From positions 27,592,001-27,656,000 of the forward strand of contig NC_087251.1 in assembly GCF_037042905.1 (NCBI RefSeq): a stretch of DNA of 64,000 nt. Direction: 5' to 3'. Below, piece after piece: positions 37,568-50,168 of the stretch; position 1 is the stretch's first letter; each line of letters begins with the position of its first letter. This DNA comes from Lytechinus pictus (Eukaryota). The translations under genes and the position numbers were made by a program. The notes beneath the pieces are model-generated. The model made no database searches. It saw nothing but the letters and a program-made list of their open reading frames with translations, and was not told the origin of the DNA.

Positions 37568-37697
37568 TAGCATTTTCATTTATTTCAAAGCAGGATAAAA
37601 GGGCAATGTTAGATTAATGCCTTGCTCGCGGGCAGAGGTGCTGCGGCCGCGGATCGAACCCCGGACTTTCCATGTATAGCCAGGCGCCGTAGATCAT
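37568..37697 (-). mobile_element. tRNA-derived SINE (short, 5' end eroded)
   Basis: The minus strand reads ..atctacggcgcctggctatacatggaaagtccggGGTTCGATCCgcggccgcagcacc..gcgagcaaggca..aaataaatg. The B box is at 37651-37660 and is followed by a non-tRNA body and an AATAAA tail. Confidence 0.8.
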
Positions 37698-38959
37698 TAT
37701 AACTATGATAATAAGCTTACACTGTCGATTGCAGCAGGTAAGGGTATTTCGTAAAACACACATTGAAATAATAACAGTCATATAAATTCAACAATATTAC
37801 AGAGCAGTTCATTTATTTGTATCTATAAGTCATGTTTGATGGGTCCCTACATGAATAATTGTGAAGGGAAAATGACAGTTTCCTGCATTTTTGTCAATCT
37901 CGAGTACTATAGGTACCTTTTGTGCTTACATGGAATTTGTGTTTAATAAATCTTAACTTCATAACAGTTACTTTAGACTTCCCTTGCATCCTCACTGACC
38001 TGCCTTTATAATAAAAAGAAATGTTTGTATAGGGGGGGGGGGGAACTATCCCTCTGAAATTCAGATATTTTTTTTTTATAACCCCGCTTTTGCTACTTTT
38101 TCGATTTTATTTGTATTATGATACCTGAAATTGTATTATGATGCGCCTTGTGTACATTCGGGCGAACTGTTGAAGTTCGACCACGCTTGGCAGAGTATCG
38201 GTTGCGCCTGATCGCGTGACACAGGAGAGATAACCTTGATCGACCGATCATGATCTCGATTTCTCTCATGTAGACATACATAAGGAACTATAGGGGTTGT
38301 GTGTGAGAGAGAGGTGGGGTGGGGTCCGTGCGTAACATCGCTCCTAATTGTGCCATAACATCAATTGTGATTATGAACGTTACTAATCGATAATCCTCGT
38401 CAGGCTTGAAATATGAACTCATTTTCCTCCTTCTTCTCTCTCTTCCTTCTCTTTATTTTCTCTCGCTCTCTATTTCACACTCTTATTCACACACAACCAC
38501 GCACACGCTCTCTCACACACAAACAGGAACCCACACAAACCAACATGCACATTAACTACATCTCTATTTTCTGTCTCAATGCACCTAACACACACGATAC
38601 ACGCTGTTTTACACCCATTTTTATTTTCTGTTTCTTTTAGCATTTATTATATTTTGCTTAACAGATCAATTATTATCTCAAAACATTTCCATGCGAACAA
38701 CTCAAAATAAGATTGCAAACGTACACAAACATATACACAAATTAGTAACATTTTGTATAATATTAGTTAATCAATCGTCTCGAGACTCGAAAATTTCAAA
38801 ACAAAGGATACATAATACATTCCTATTTAATGCGTCCATCACTTTCTTTACAAAGCTCCACCCCTACATCTACTTGGATTCGTCTTGTTCAATCTCTTTC
38901 TACCCCTTTGTTTTGACGAATGCAACGATTCGCCGTTGTGATACTACTTGCAGACGACA

Positions 38960-39557
38960 GAGTTCCATTTGCGCATGCGTCATTTCTGATTCATTACTCT
39001 CCGATGCAATCTGCACCGACGACGCCGGAGGATTGGTTGCTAAACTTGTTCGATTCGTTGTTCCTTCACTCGCGGGAAGCTACCGGCCATGTTCGCTCAC
39101 AACTCGCACGCTTTCTGGCACAGCTTGTTTTCACAGCCCTCTGAGAGAAAATACAAGGAAATTATCAAACATAAAATAGCAGCACAGCGAAAATCACAGT
39201 TGCGAAGGTAGACCTATCGATTTGTTGACATTGGAGCCGTGGAATCACGCTAAATGCGTGCTCATTTGCTGTGGCACTGATTTGTTTTTGTTGGATGGCA
39301 AACATTATTTTTGCATCTGTGATTATTTCAAAAGTGTATAAAGTGGTCGCATGACGAGGGATCCATAACTTATTGATTAATATGAATATAACTGTTGGAT
39401 TATTATGTTGTGAGTAACTCGACATCTACATCGGTCTATCTGGTGCCATTTACACTAACTCTAGCCTGGATTGATGGAATGAATAGTTATTTCTTCTTGT
39501 GTTTCCATAGTGGCGAAATCTGAATAACTTGAAACTTTTTACATTGTTAAGGTAAGT
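38960..39557 (+). promoter_or_regulatory. Candidate promoter and non-coding first exon
   Basis: Locally CpG-richer, with tgcgcatgcgt (NRF1/P3A2-like) at 38970 and a consensus donor AAG|gtaagt at 39551/39552. No convincing ORF. Confidence 0.3.
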
Positions 39558-39803
39558 GCCCTTTCATGCGATTTTTACTTGGAACAGTTACCTTTTCAGC
39601 TTTTTTGTCACGGTATTGTCAGGTGTAGATCCGAAAACAGCCAGTTCGTGGAAACTTCAAGAATGATTAAAATTCGATATTTGCAATTCTTGTTAGATTT
39701 TTATAAGCTCGTGATTTTGATTGTGAAACCTATGACCTGTAGATGATGCATTCATAAATTGCCATCATGGAGAATATTATAAACATAGGAAACTCGTATC
39801 AGG
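39527..39803 (+). repeat. Diverged direct repeat, copy 1 (copy 2 at 45734-45959)
   Basis: Collinear shared blocks: tgaaact.tttacattgtta.ggtaagt, ttaccttttcagct, gaatgattaa, attcgatatttgcaatt, tataagctcgtgattt, gtgaaacctatgacctg and tcatggagaatatta. Confidence 0.85.
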
Positions 39804-41753
39804 ATGTGTGTAGACCTTGTTTTCGATATTCAATATACTCATGAAAGTCTATTCATTTTATTTCCGTGTTCATATATTCTCCTATAAATACTATTAGAAC
39901 GTAGGATAGTCATGTTCCCTATAGTATCCATTCACATCTGCTAAGCGTTTTTCAATAATTGATGTTACATCTCACCGAAAAAAGGGATTGTCATTTATTC
40001 TTGTTGCCAGAACTAAGTACCATATCCTACGCAATCTATATAAATCTGATAGCGGAGCACTTTTTTTAATTACAAAATTCCATGACATTTCTGAAATCAG
40101 GTTAAAGTTCAAGTTCAACATGTTATCAAAATGCCGCAATCCTCCGCTGATCATGTTAATCATTGATAATGACAGCGATTTTCTTTTTATCAAACTTCCT
40201 TTCATTTGATTATTTTTCCCACGCATCAGGATGAAAAAAACATACGATTTCAAGGCAATTTTGCTTCGTTTCGGAACTTATTGCGAGCACAACAAACAAT
40301 AATATTTGTAACGAAAATCTTAAAAATGGAAATGCCGCTACGACTTTCTGAATTATGTATGCATTGCGGTTGTGCTGAATTTGCTTGATTGGTCATTTAT
40401 GAAGAAGACAACGGGATCATTCGGAACTATGTTTATAGTCTAGTTATGCTCCCATAAAAATAGCAAATGAAAGATATCTTTGGTGACAACGACAACAAAT
40501 TGGATTTTAACTATGAATAGCTGTAATAATATAATTTTACTACTCACCTTATCACGCTTGAATTCTGGTAATTTTTAGCTCACAAAGATTTCCTGAAAAT
40601 TCAGTATGCATCTTCATAGTGAGATATCAATCTTGATTTTCTGAGAAGTCTATATAATTGATATTAAGAACTTGTTTGGCTTGTACCCAAGAAATAAAAA
40701 TTTCACGACGAATAGTACTGTGGTGTATTTGGAAACAAACCAAACGTTCCAGATCTATAGCCAGCAAGCCCAGCATGATTCCAAAATGACATCATTGGTC
40801 TATGTCAGTCGCGAACTATAGAGGTAAAAACTCAGAAATCCTTCGCTTCTGACAATGACGTTGATAATAATTATGGGGATGGTGATGATTCCCAGTGTTA
40901 TTATTTCATCGTAAATCTGTTTAAGAAAGATTTAAAGATGCAGAATCGTTAGAAATATTCCCAAAGAGTATGTTTAGGTGTTTTGATATGTAAGCAACCT
41001 AAAACTAGAATATATCGGGGCTTTTTTTTTAATAAAGACGATTTATTTCCCATGAATATTGATATTTTGATAGGCGAAAAGAAATATTTTTGTCTATGCT
41101 CAATTTAAAAAGAGTTCAAGAGAATAAGAGGTAAAGAGTTTTTTAAAAGGGAAATCTTGAAAAAAATGAGTATAAAATTTGATGAATGCAAATGAAAACT
41201 GTGCATCACAAAGACTTTACATTGCCGTACTATATTGTATCACGTTCAATCCGTTGGTTATGGAATTTACAAATTCAATCTTAAACTGTGCTTAAGATCC
41301 AAGAAGGCTCTACAGAGAAAAGAAAATGAAACTCCCCGAGGCGGGAAAAGAAACCTGTCTCTCATCAAAAAGTAATGAAGTCTTCTTCCAACACGCATCA
41401 TGACTGCTGTAGATCCATTTTAATAACCCAAGAGAACTCCTTTAATGCATGGTGATGTAATATATTAGTTGGTGATAATTGGTTGCATAGCCTGGGGGCT
41501 TTCCCAGTCCTATATTGCATGGGGCACGGAGACATTTAATTTTAAAAGCAATTCCAAATTGGTATAGGAGAATCAAATGGATTTCAAAGGCAGTATCCAA
41601 AGACGCCCTTTCCAAATTGATATTTTGACCCGGGAATACTGTTCTTTATTGTTTGGTGTCTAGTCTTAAAAATTGAAATCTGGTGTTCGAGGTTGCATTC
41701 CCCTAATGAGTGACGAGAGTAAAAGTCAGTAGGCCTGCTCAGATGCATTTTGA

Positions 41754-42296
41754 AGGGGTACTCCGAGCTGAAAATAATCAAGTTTGAATTAAATGGAGTA
41801 AAATTCACACAGCAAAATGCTGAAAATTTTGACAAAATCTGGGTGATAACAAATAACAGAGTTACTGAATGTTAAAGTCTAGCAATATTTTGTTAAACAG
41901 ATGCACATCGTCTTGAATATTCATTAGGTTAGCTGATGATGTCACATCCCATCTTTTCTTTTTCTTATGTTATTACATGAAATCACATTTATTTCACATT
42001 TTCATCCGTGTGTATATGATATGTCTCCCTTATAAAAAATCTGACGCAGTAACTCATTTTAAATCCCATTTTTAAAAAGTTCTTGGAGGTAAAAAAAGAA
42101 CGAGTGGGATATCATCATTTTGATCATCGAGTATTCATGAAGACATGCATATAACTGTTTCTCCCAAATAATGCAAATCTTAAAAATGACACAGCTTTTT
42201 ATTCCTTGTCAGATCTTGATGAAGTTTTCAGTGATTTGCTTGGCTAATTTCCGTTTATCTATTGAAATCATATTATTTTCAGCCTTTGGCTCCCGT
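41754..42296. mobile_element. Degenerate Kolobok-like MITE
   Basis: ttga|aggggtactccgagctgaaaataat ... attattttcagcctttggctcccgt|ttga: imperfect TIRs with TTAA-like flanks. Confidence 0.6.
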
Positions 42297-43034
42297 TTGA
42301 TCTCTTGCTAAAAAATATAATTACTCTACAGTTATAAAACTAGCAAAACACAAATGTTACTAGCTCTATTCACAAGTCATGATGTGACATGAAGGTAAAA
42401 TACTAGAGAAAGTGGTGGTGCAAGTAGTAACAAAAAAACAACAACTAACGAATAAGATTAATATATGACTAAACACGCTCTTCGGAATCACGGTTCATTG
42501 TATTGTTTTAGGAGCACAAAACCCACACAAAATTGCAACTAAAAATTGCTTTTGCATCTCTTCTTACAATATATTTTAATGAAAGATTCTCAAAATGTAA
42601 CCCCTTCCAATCTTCAGTAAGGTACATACAACAGCTTGAATAGACTTCGAAAAGCAATCAGCTAAAATACCAAATATATTTCTCCCTTCATGGTCTAACC
42701 CACAATGATGTATTACATTGGGTGAAGTGACGCATGCCATGCCAGAATTCTTATCCCCCTCCTTTTCTTATGCTTTTCATATTCTCTTCTTCTCTTTTTC
42801 ATCATTCTCTCGTTCTCTCTTTCTTACCGGAAAGAGAGATTGATAGAGTTAGAGAGGAGAGTAAATCGTTCCCGGTCACTGATAGACGTACATTAAAGAA
42901 TGAGTGAGTAAACAGAGGGCTTGTAGAGGCAAGATGCAGAGTGCGGTGCCCCCTTTTTTTTGCATGTGTTATCCCGACTCTTCATGTTTCACAGAGGATA
43001 AGGGAGAGAAAGAAAGAGAGAGAAAAAGTATATG

Positions 43035-43061
43035 TGAGAGAGAGAGAGAGAGAGAGAGAGA
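43035..43061. repeat. (GA)n microsatellite
   Basis: Read directly from the sequence. Confidence 0.95.
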
Positions 43062-44622
43062 TACAACGATATCACTCCTTCATCAACATTAATCTTGATT
43101 CGGAACGAACCCCCTTTTTTTTTACTCCGCCCACAACCTCTCCGATTTTATTGACGGAATTCTGTTGTCTAATTTTATTTTGAAGAGGTTTCCGTGACTC
43201 ACAGTATGCCCAAGACATCTTCTACATTATGATATCGCGTGAAAATACAATTGTGTATGTATTAGTATTTATCAGGATAATTATAAGTTAACTCGACATG
43301 CACTGCAGCTCCATTTGGCAAATTATTATTTCATAAAATATCGTAATTCTGGATTAAGTCTCACATCCTCTCTCAAAACAATCTTAATCTATCAAAAGTT
43401 AAACGGGTGATGTTCTTTAAAAGCTATTATCTGGACATTTTTTGTCTGGATATATTTGCCGGTGTATCTAACTTAGATGTAAAACAAGTATGTAAAACAA
43501 CAAATTTTATGCCTTTTCATTCACAAATTATCCATTTAAAAATGTAGATACACATTGTTTGTGCCCACAGATGTCAACATACTGGGTTCACAAACACGTC
43601 CTTATGTTAATAGCACGTGGGCCTACCACTAAAAGTGTTCTTGCAATAACCGAATAGACTCTTGAGACTTTCTTTTTGACAAGGAATGTATTACTAAACA
43701 TTCTGGAGAGACAAAATGTGTGATTTTGTGTACGTATACCGTTCAAAATAAATCCCGAAGAGCAAAACATCAATCAGATTAAGTGATACACTACGATACA
43801 CAGTCATTAAGAGGGGTGCGCTGCATCCGCACTCCCAAACTGCGGTTTTGGCGCCATCGGCGGACAACGGTGTATAGTTGCCCCGAGGGCGAAGAAACCT
43901 GTACTGGCCCCTGTCAATAATCCATCGGTTATTGTAGCCTCGGATGGCTGATATCCGAGTATCAATCAGACCTATAGGGGTTTGTATCTCCAAGATTGGT
44001 TCTCCTTACCATTGGATGGTCATCAGTTTACCTGAGTTTCATCTTCGTGTACTGGTCCCTCGCTTCATCCCATACCGATCTCGTCTCACCTTCCAAAAAT
44101 CATTCTCCTTCGTCCTTCAGGCCGGTTTCTCCATCCTTTCTGTGAAGCATTTTGGCCCAATCGCCGTCATATCCTGTCCGTAAATTGATCAGCTTTGACC
44201 ATGAGGCAGTCATTAGTCATTACCAACCCATCTCCATTTCCCGTCGGTATGCTGGGGTATATTTTCCACAATCTATTTCTAATCTCTTTCCAATATGCGA
44301 TGTGTTCATTTTGAACCACATGAATTATAAATTGTGAAGCTGAGACAAGCACGAAAGTATCAGAACATAAAAATAGTATCCATGGTCGTTAGTCGACTAA
44401 GTTTTCTATTTTGAAAAGATGTATTTTTCCTTCTTTGAAAAGCAAGCGAGAGCGAGATAATTGTGTTTTGCTATATAAGAATTTCAAAGGTATCCTCTTC
44501 TTTCACTGTATTTGACAGAGTTCACCTTTAATGGTTATTCTATTTTATCAGTGGAGAAAAAGTTCCTCGATTAGTTTTTTGACTATCAGCTGAATAAAGC
44601 TATTCTCTGTTCCTATATTTCG

Positions 44623-44624
<2 letters not shown>

Positions 44625-44703
<79 letters not shown>
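44625..44703. repeat. (AT)n microsatellite, ~79 bp
   Basis: Read directly from the sequence. Confidence 0.99.
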
Positions 44704-44709
<6 letters not shown>

Positions 44710-45733
44710 TCCTCTATCGTGCCCCTCTCTTTCTATGTCCGTCTCTCTCTCCCTCTCCTACCCACACACACGTTCGTTCTCTCCGTTTTGTATCCCTATC
44801 CTACTTTATCTTCATGTTTTTCGCTCATTTCTCTTCATTTTCATGCTCATTTCTCTTCATTTTTATTTCCTTTTTTTTTCTCTGTCTTTACACATTTCTT
44901 CTCTATAACTTCCTGCCTCTCACCCTCTCTCTTCCACTTTCTCTCCCCTGTATCAGTCTTCTCTTGATAATTTTATCACATGGCCACCTGAGGTCGTCTG
45001 GATAGAGGCGTGTATTTGACAGGCTATCGATGATACCTCAACCCAGGGAATTCCGTCTCCGTTTTCATTAACTAAAGTGATTTCACTTTATTGGTCAAAC
45101 TCCCCTCTTTTGCTTAAAAGGCTCCCTAAAAAGATGTAATAGGACTCTAGATGGCATTCAAAAATTGATATATATAGCAAGTTATTCCTTTCAGCATGCT
45201 CCGACAGCCTTTCTTTGATTCTTACTTGAATATTTATTTAATTCTCTTTAACCGTGGCTTCTTTCCCTTTTGATTCTTCTTTTATCTTATCTTCGTGTGT
45301 TTAATTGTAAATCATTTTGCTTAATGATTCATTTATGTTTAAATATAAACATGTCGTGTGCAATGTGGACCGTTTGCATTACACAGTAAAAACACTGTTG
45401 AAAACGCTGTTTAGTGTTCACTATATACAGTGTATATTAAATTTGCAGTTGTTCTTTAACAGTTTAAACAACCATCCCTATCATATTAAAGAGTTCATAT
45501 TTTTTATTGAAAATTGAACATTGTTGTTTTAAGAAATTAATATTAGACTACTGTGAGGTTCATATTGATAGCATTGTATTAAATTTTAAAATCGTGAAAT
45601 ATAATTATCTACAATCTGATAGTATATCAATCCTCTTCCGAGTCATATTACAAGTTTCACAAGCATACTTGTAATATGTATATGATAATGTCATATCTAA
45701 CACCTTACAACCGATTGTTTGGCTAGCTTTGCT

Positions 45734-45959
45734 AAGTTGAAACTATTTACATTGTTAGGGTAAGTCCTTTTGGCTCATTTTACTTGCATCAATTACCTTT
45801 TCAGCTGTTTTTTCACTGCTTAAAAGAATGATTAATATAGTATTCGATATTTGCAATTTTTTTTCTTTTCTATAAGCTCGTGATTTAGTGAAACCTATGA
45901 CCTGCATTTTTATATTGATATCATGGAGAATATTAGCGAGATCGAGAACTCATGTATCA
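45734..45959 (+). repeat. Diverged direct repeat, copy 2 of 39527-39803
   Basis: Same blocks in the same order, including gtaagt at 45760-45765. It lacks about 45 bp present in copy 1. Confidence 0.85.
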
Positions 45960-48860
45960 AAACTTGTAGCTCTTAAAATCGATCCTAAAAGCACACATTT
46001 TTAGTTCCATAAAATTGAATATGTCCATTAAATTTTAATTATCGTCGACTCGGATATCTCGTTTCGTGTACTCTTGGCATTTTAATTTATGTGAAAATAA
46101 AACCACAATACCATAAACAGAATTCAAATTTAAGTTACAAAATGCTCACAACAAATTGCGCATGCGCTTAAATCGTTCCCCTCTCCATGATAATGAATGT
46201 TAAATGTTACATACAAAAAGTCACGTCCAACTATATCTCGAGTGCAGATCTCAAAATATTCACAGTAACCTCGTTCTACATAAAATATATCGTGCAGAGA
46301 ATGTAATTAGTCTATTAACATTTTGTTTCTTTTGAAAAGAACGGAATAGATATATCTATCTTTGTTATCGGACCAAGGGACCCTAGCTGTATGCGTCTAG
46401 ATGAATTGTAATTATTGAATACTAAACGTTCACCTGGTTATCTATATTGTCGTTGGTAGAAGAAACGTGGTCAGACGTATCATTTTTGTGTTTTTTGTAT
46501 AGCTTAAAATAAGTGCTAAGAAATGTAGAATCTTCAAGATATTTAGGGGTGGGGTCAGTTACATGTATATTACAAGTCATTCACACGTTACTCACATTCA
46601 CAGTTGAAAGATTTCGTATTCTTCAAAATTCATTTGTAAAGTTATTGTGATTCGAATCCCATGTGATTGGAATTCAGGTTATTTACCTTGTTTTCATGTT
46701 CAAAGTAATAATTTATCGTTTTATACTGTTTTATTGTTACTGATAATTGGCGCCTCATAAATGCTATATATTATTATTATGTTAACGCTCATCGTAGATT
46801 TCGATTACTGATTAACGTCGGGAAACAATATTAACTTTGCCAAAACTGTTCCCCCTTTCTTTTGAATTGTCATTAGGATTATAACGGGGATAAATCAATT
46901 CTGCCGTAACTGTAAGCGTGCATTTCATAAGACAAAGCCGAGTTCGTGTTGCTATAACGGGTTTCTGTCAGCCGATGACTTGGTGCAAACAAGCAAATAG
47001 CAATTCTATTTAAGAAAATCTCGGATTGAGAAGAGAGCAGGCGATCGGCCATAAAACCCCGTCTGCTATTTTCCGCTCATTAAGTCTTTAATTGATGGAG
47101 AGCAACTACCTGTTTTGGCTTTTATGGACGCTCTTGAGACGAACGAGAAGTGATGGAGTAAGTAAACTCATCTGCTCGTGTCCGGCAGACCGGTTTATAT
47201 TGTGATGAATGTTAACTCTGGCCAAGCTTAATTAAGTTTTATTTCATTTTGGAGCGTCATCTACTCTCAAATGAGTTGAGGTAAACACTAAGTGATAGGC
47301 ATACGTGGATATTATATGAGATGAACTCTTGGTTGTTAATGATTTGAAGGATATACTGTAATGAGTCCTGCTGTATTACTTTTAGGACAAACATGTTTTC
47401 TTGTTCATGGCAATGCTTCCTACATGGTACTTATCAAAATGAGAATCAAACTTGCATACATATTGAGATGAAATATTTGAAGTAATTTCCTCGGCTTCAG
47501 CTTTGATTAACTTATTTCTTAGAGCACTATATTTAATTCGCCCGAAGCTATGGGCGAGCTGGCTGATTTTTTTTTACAAGAGTTTTAACTGAATTTCAAC
47601 TGCAGTATATGGATATAATATATTTGAGAAACTAATTGTGTGTCACTACACATCTTTTTTTAAGAAGATACTCCACCAACTCTTTCTAATGTCCGTACAG
47701 TTGAGGCGCCATCCCGATAACCCTGACCAATGCCATGCAACCTCTTTCCCAATATTAAGCAATCCTTCGAGTATGTTAAAGAGTGCATGGGGTCTAACAA
47801 ACGCTCAATCAAGGTTGATCCCTTCAGTTTAAGTCGGCAGGAACTCAATTAAGTGACGAATCCCGGGGCCGAGGGATTGATTGAGCCCAGTACCCAAACG
47901 TACATTCATGTCGATCTTTGCCATTTTCGGCGAATATTTTCTGCCACCTTGATGATTCTATAGCATCTCTGATGATCAACATCCAACAACGACTGGAAGC
48001 GGAAGACTCTTCAGCTCGCGAGGTGCGTTTTGACGAAATTCTTAATTTCCTGCCGCGTCGTTTTGATTTATGTCGTTCCGGTAATTGTCGCTGGAGGAAG
48101 ACTTTTCTCGCTCATGTTCATGCTCACAGACACAATTGTTTGTAGTTTTAATGTTAGCATCGATTGGCACTAGAAGGGGTCCGAAACAGTTGTTCCGATG
48201 GAGATAAATGAATATAAACAATTGGCGAGATGCCTAATTAGTTCTCAGTGCTCAATCAGTCTATTTTTTCTGCAGGCACAAAACGGCAAAACATATGCTT
48301 TATTTCCATTTAAGATTGAAGAAGATTGTTTGCCCTCAAAAGGCATATGGATGTTGTTTGAACCATTCCGATACTTGAAACAGGTGATAGGAAATTCGAA
48401 TCCTGGTATTACCAATGCAATCTCCAAAAATGCTAATGATTTTCCTTTTTTCTTCTTCAGTATCTATTATTGGAATCTTAAGTTTTCTTATGAGTTATGA
48501 TAGACTGAGTCATATCTTATAACATGTAAGATTGAGAATGGAAATTTAAAAAAATTCTCAGACCTTGTTTTTCTAACAAAAAGATTAGAAGACAAAATGC
48601 TGTCCTATCGGAAGGTAAATTTTAACTGATAATCCTAACTGTTTTTGGAATTGCTGCACTTCAAATTTCAGGGATGTAACTTATTATATATAATAATCGG
48701 CTATGAAGAAAATTATGATTTTCCGTATATTGTATAAAACAATCAAAATAGTCATTTTAAAGCATGGTTTAACAAAAATATGTGATAGTTTGATATTGAT
48801 TTTATTTTTATTATTGGATAAGGACGAATATCATATGATTTGTTTAATTTTTTAAAATCG

Positions 48861-49155
48861 TTTTTTTTTTTTTTTTTTTTTTTTTTTAGTGTTTCGTTTA
48901 TTTTGAAACCAATCGATTCATTGTTTAGATTTTAGTGTATATATTTTTTTGGTTGGTTAGTCTTTTTCAATTCTTTTTGGTTCTATATTTAGATATAAGT
49001 GAATATTTAATTTGTGCTATTGATTATGTAAATATTACTGATTCAATTATATTAATTATAATAAATTGTATATTATGACAGGGCAGTTGCGGAAAGCAGT
49101 TTCGAAAGTGACATTGCCACCCTGTATAAATAAAACTACAAATACATAAATAAAT
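48861..49155 (+). mobile_element. Probable 3' UTR remnant of a non-LTR retroelement
   Basis: Poly-T and T-rich tract, then stem-loop acagggcagttgc..cattgccaccctgt, AATAAA and a (TAAA)n tail. Confidence 0.45.
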
Positions 49156-50009
49156 ATGGATAGTAAGAAGTCAACTATAGATCAGATGCTAGCAAAACGT
49201 TATATGAGATGCTTAAATTAACAAAAGACTGATGGATGTTAAAGACACAATATTAAAATCATTATTGCACCCCTCTGCAACGCTTGTTTGATTTGATCGG
49301 TGTTTCATCATTTTATTTGATATTTGCACGATACCATCAAACTATTCCGTTCGACACACGACCTCGGATATGACAATCATTATCTCACCAATCGTGTGTA
49401 TAATGCTATAATAATCGGATATCGACCGGAATTTGCACCGATTGTCTGGATTAACGCCACACGTGCCATAAGGATGAACTCCCAAGATCCCGTGCCGTTC
49501 TCACGCACGCGAAGATTGTGTGCGTGAGTATAGTGCGTGGATGTGAGCGTGTGCGTGGTGCTCGCAGTGCTCGCATTTTCAACGGGTTATCACCGCAGTG
49601 CGCAGTGTCCTTCGGGCTCGAATTTGTCTACTTGTGGGTGTAAATATACCTGGGGAAAATTACCTGGGAATGTAAACAGTCCGACTCTCGTCAAGTTTTG
49701 ATATCAAGTATGTATAATGTATCATACTGGATCATCTTTCGAAGTGTGAAACAATTGGGAATTTGATGTTAGGTGGATGCTTCTCAGGTGTTTAACATGT
49801 ATAATATGAAACTGGATGTGATGTTGGTTTGCTATTTCGGTAGTACGAGTACTTCCCGCTTATTTCTATCTGCGAACTTGAACATCCAATGACAAGGGCA
49901 TTGGGATACGTCATCGAGACACCTTTGTTTACGATTGAATCGCTTCTTTGATGATATGTCACTCAGCAGTTTGGTGAGAAATACCCTTCATTTTCCTATG
50001 CGTTTTCCT

Positions 50010-50168
50010 AGTATTTTTATTTGTTTCCCTAGTATCATTATTGATATCAATTGTGAACGACAAGCGTTAAATTTGAATAATTTTAAGAAAGTATTTTTGT
50101 ATTTGTTTCCTTAGTATTATCATTGAGATCGATTGTATATTGTGAACGACAAGCGTTAAATTGGAATA
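50010..50168. repeat. Tandem duplication of ~75-80 bp
   Basis: agtattttt..atttgtttcc.tagtat..attga.atc.attg..tgtgaacgacaagcgttaaatt.gaata occurs twice. Confidence 0.9.

Noticed and set aside
37620..37700. tRNA gene
   Set aside because: A B box is present, but there is no complete cloverleaf or acceptor stem and it runs into a SINE body.
38691..39179. 162-aa ORF
   Set aside because: No motif and no coding-like composition. Better explained as promoter/UTR-like sequence.
47876..48145. GC-richer block with a possible minus-strand start (MAKIDMN..)
   Set aside because: Too short, no family resemblance and no downstream exon found.
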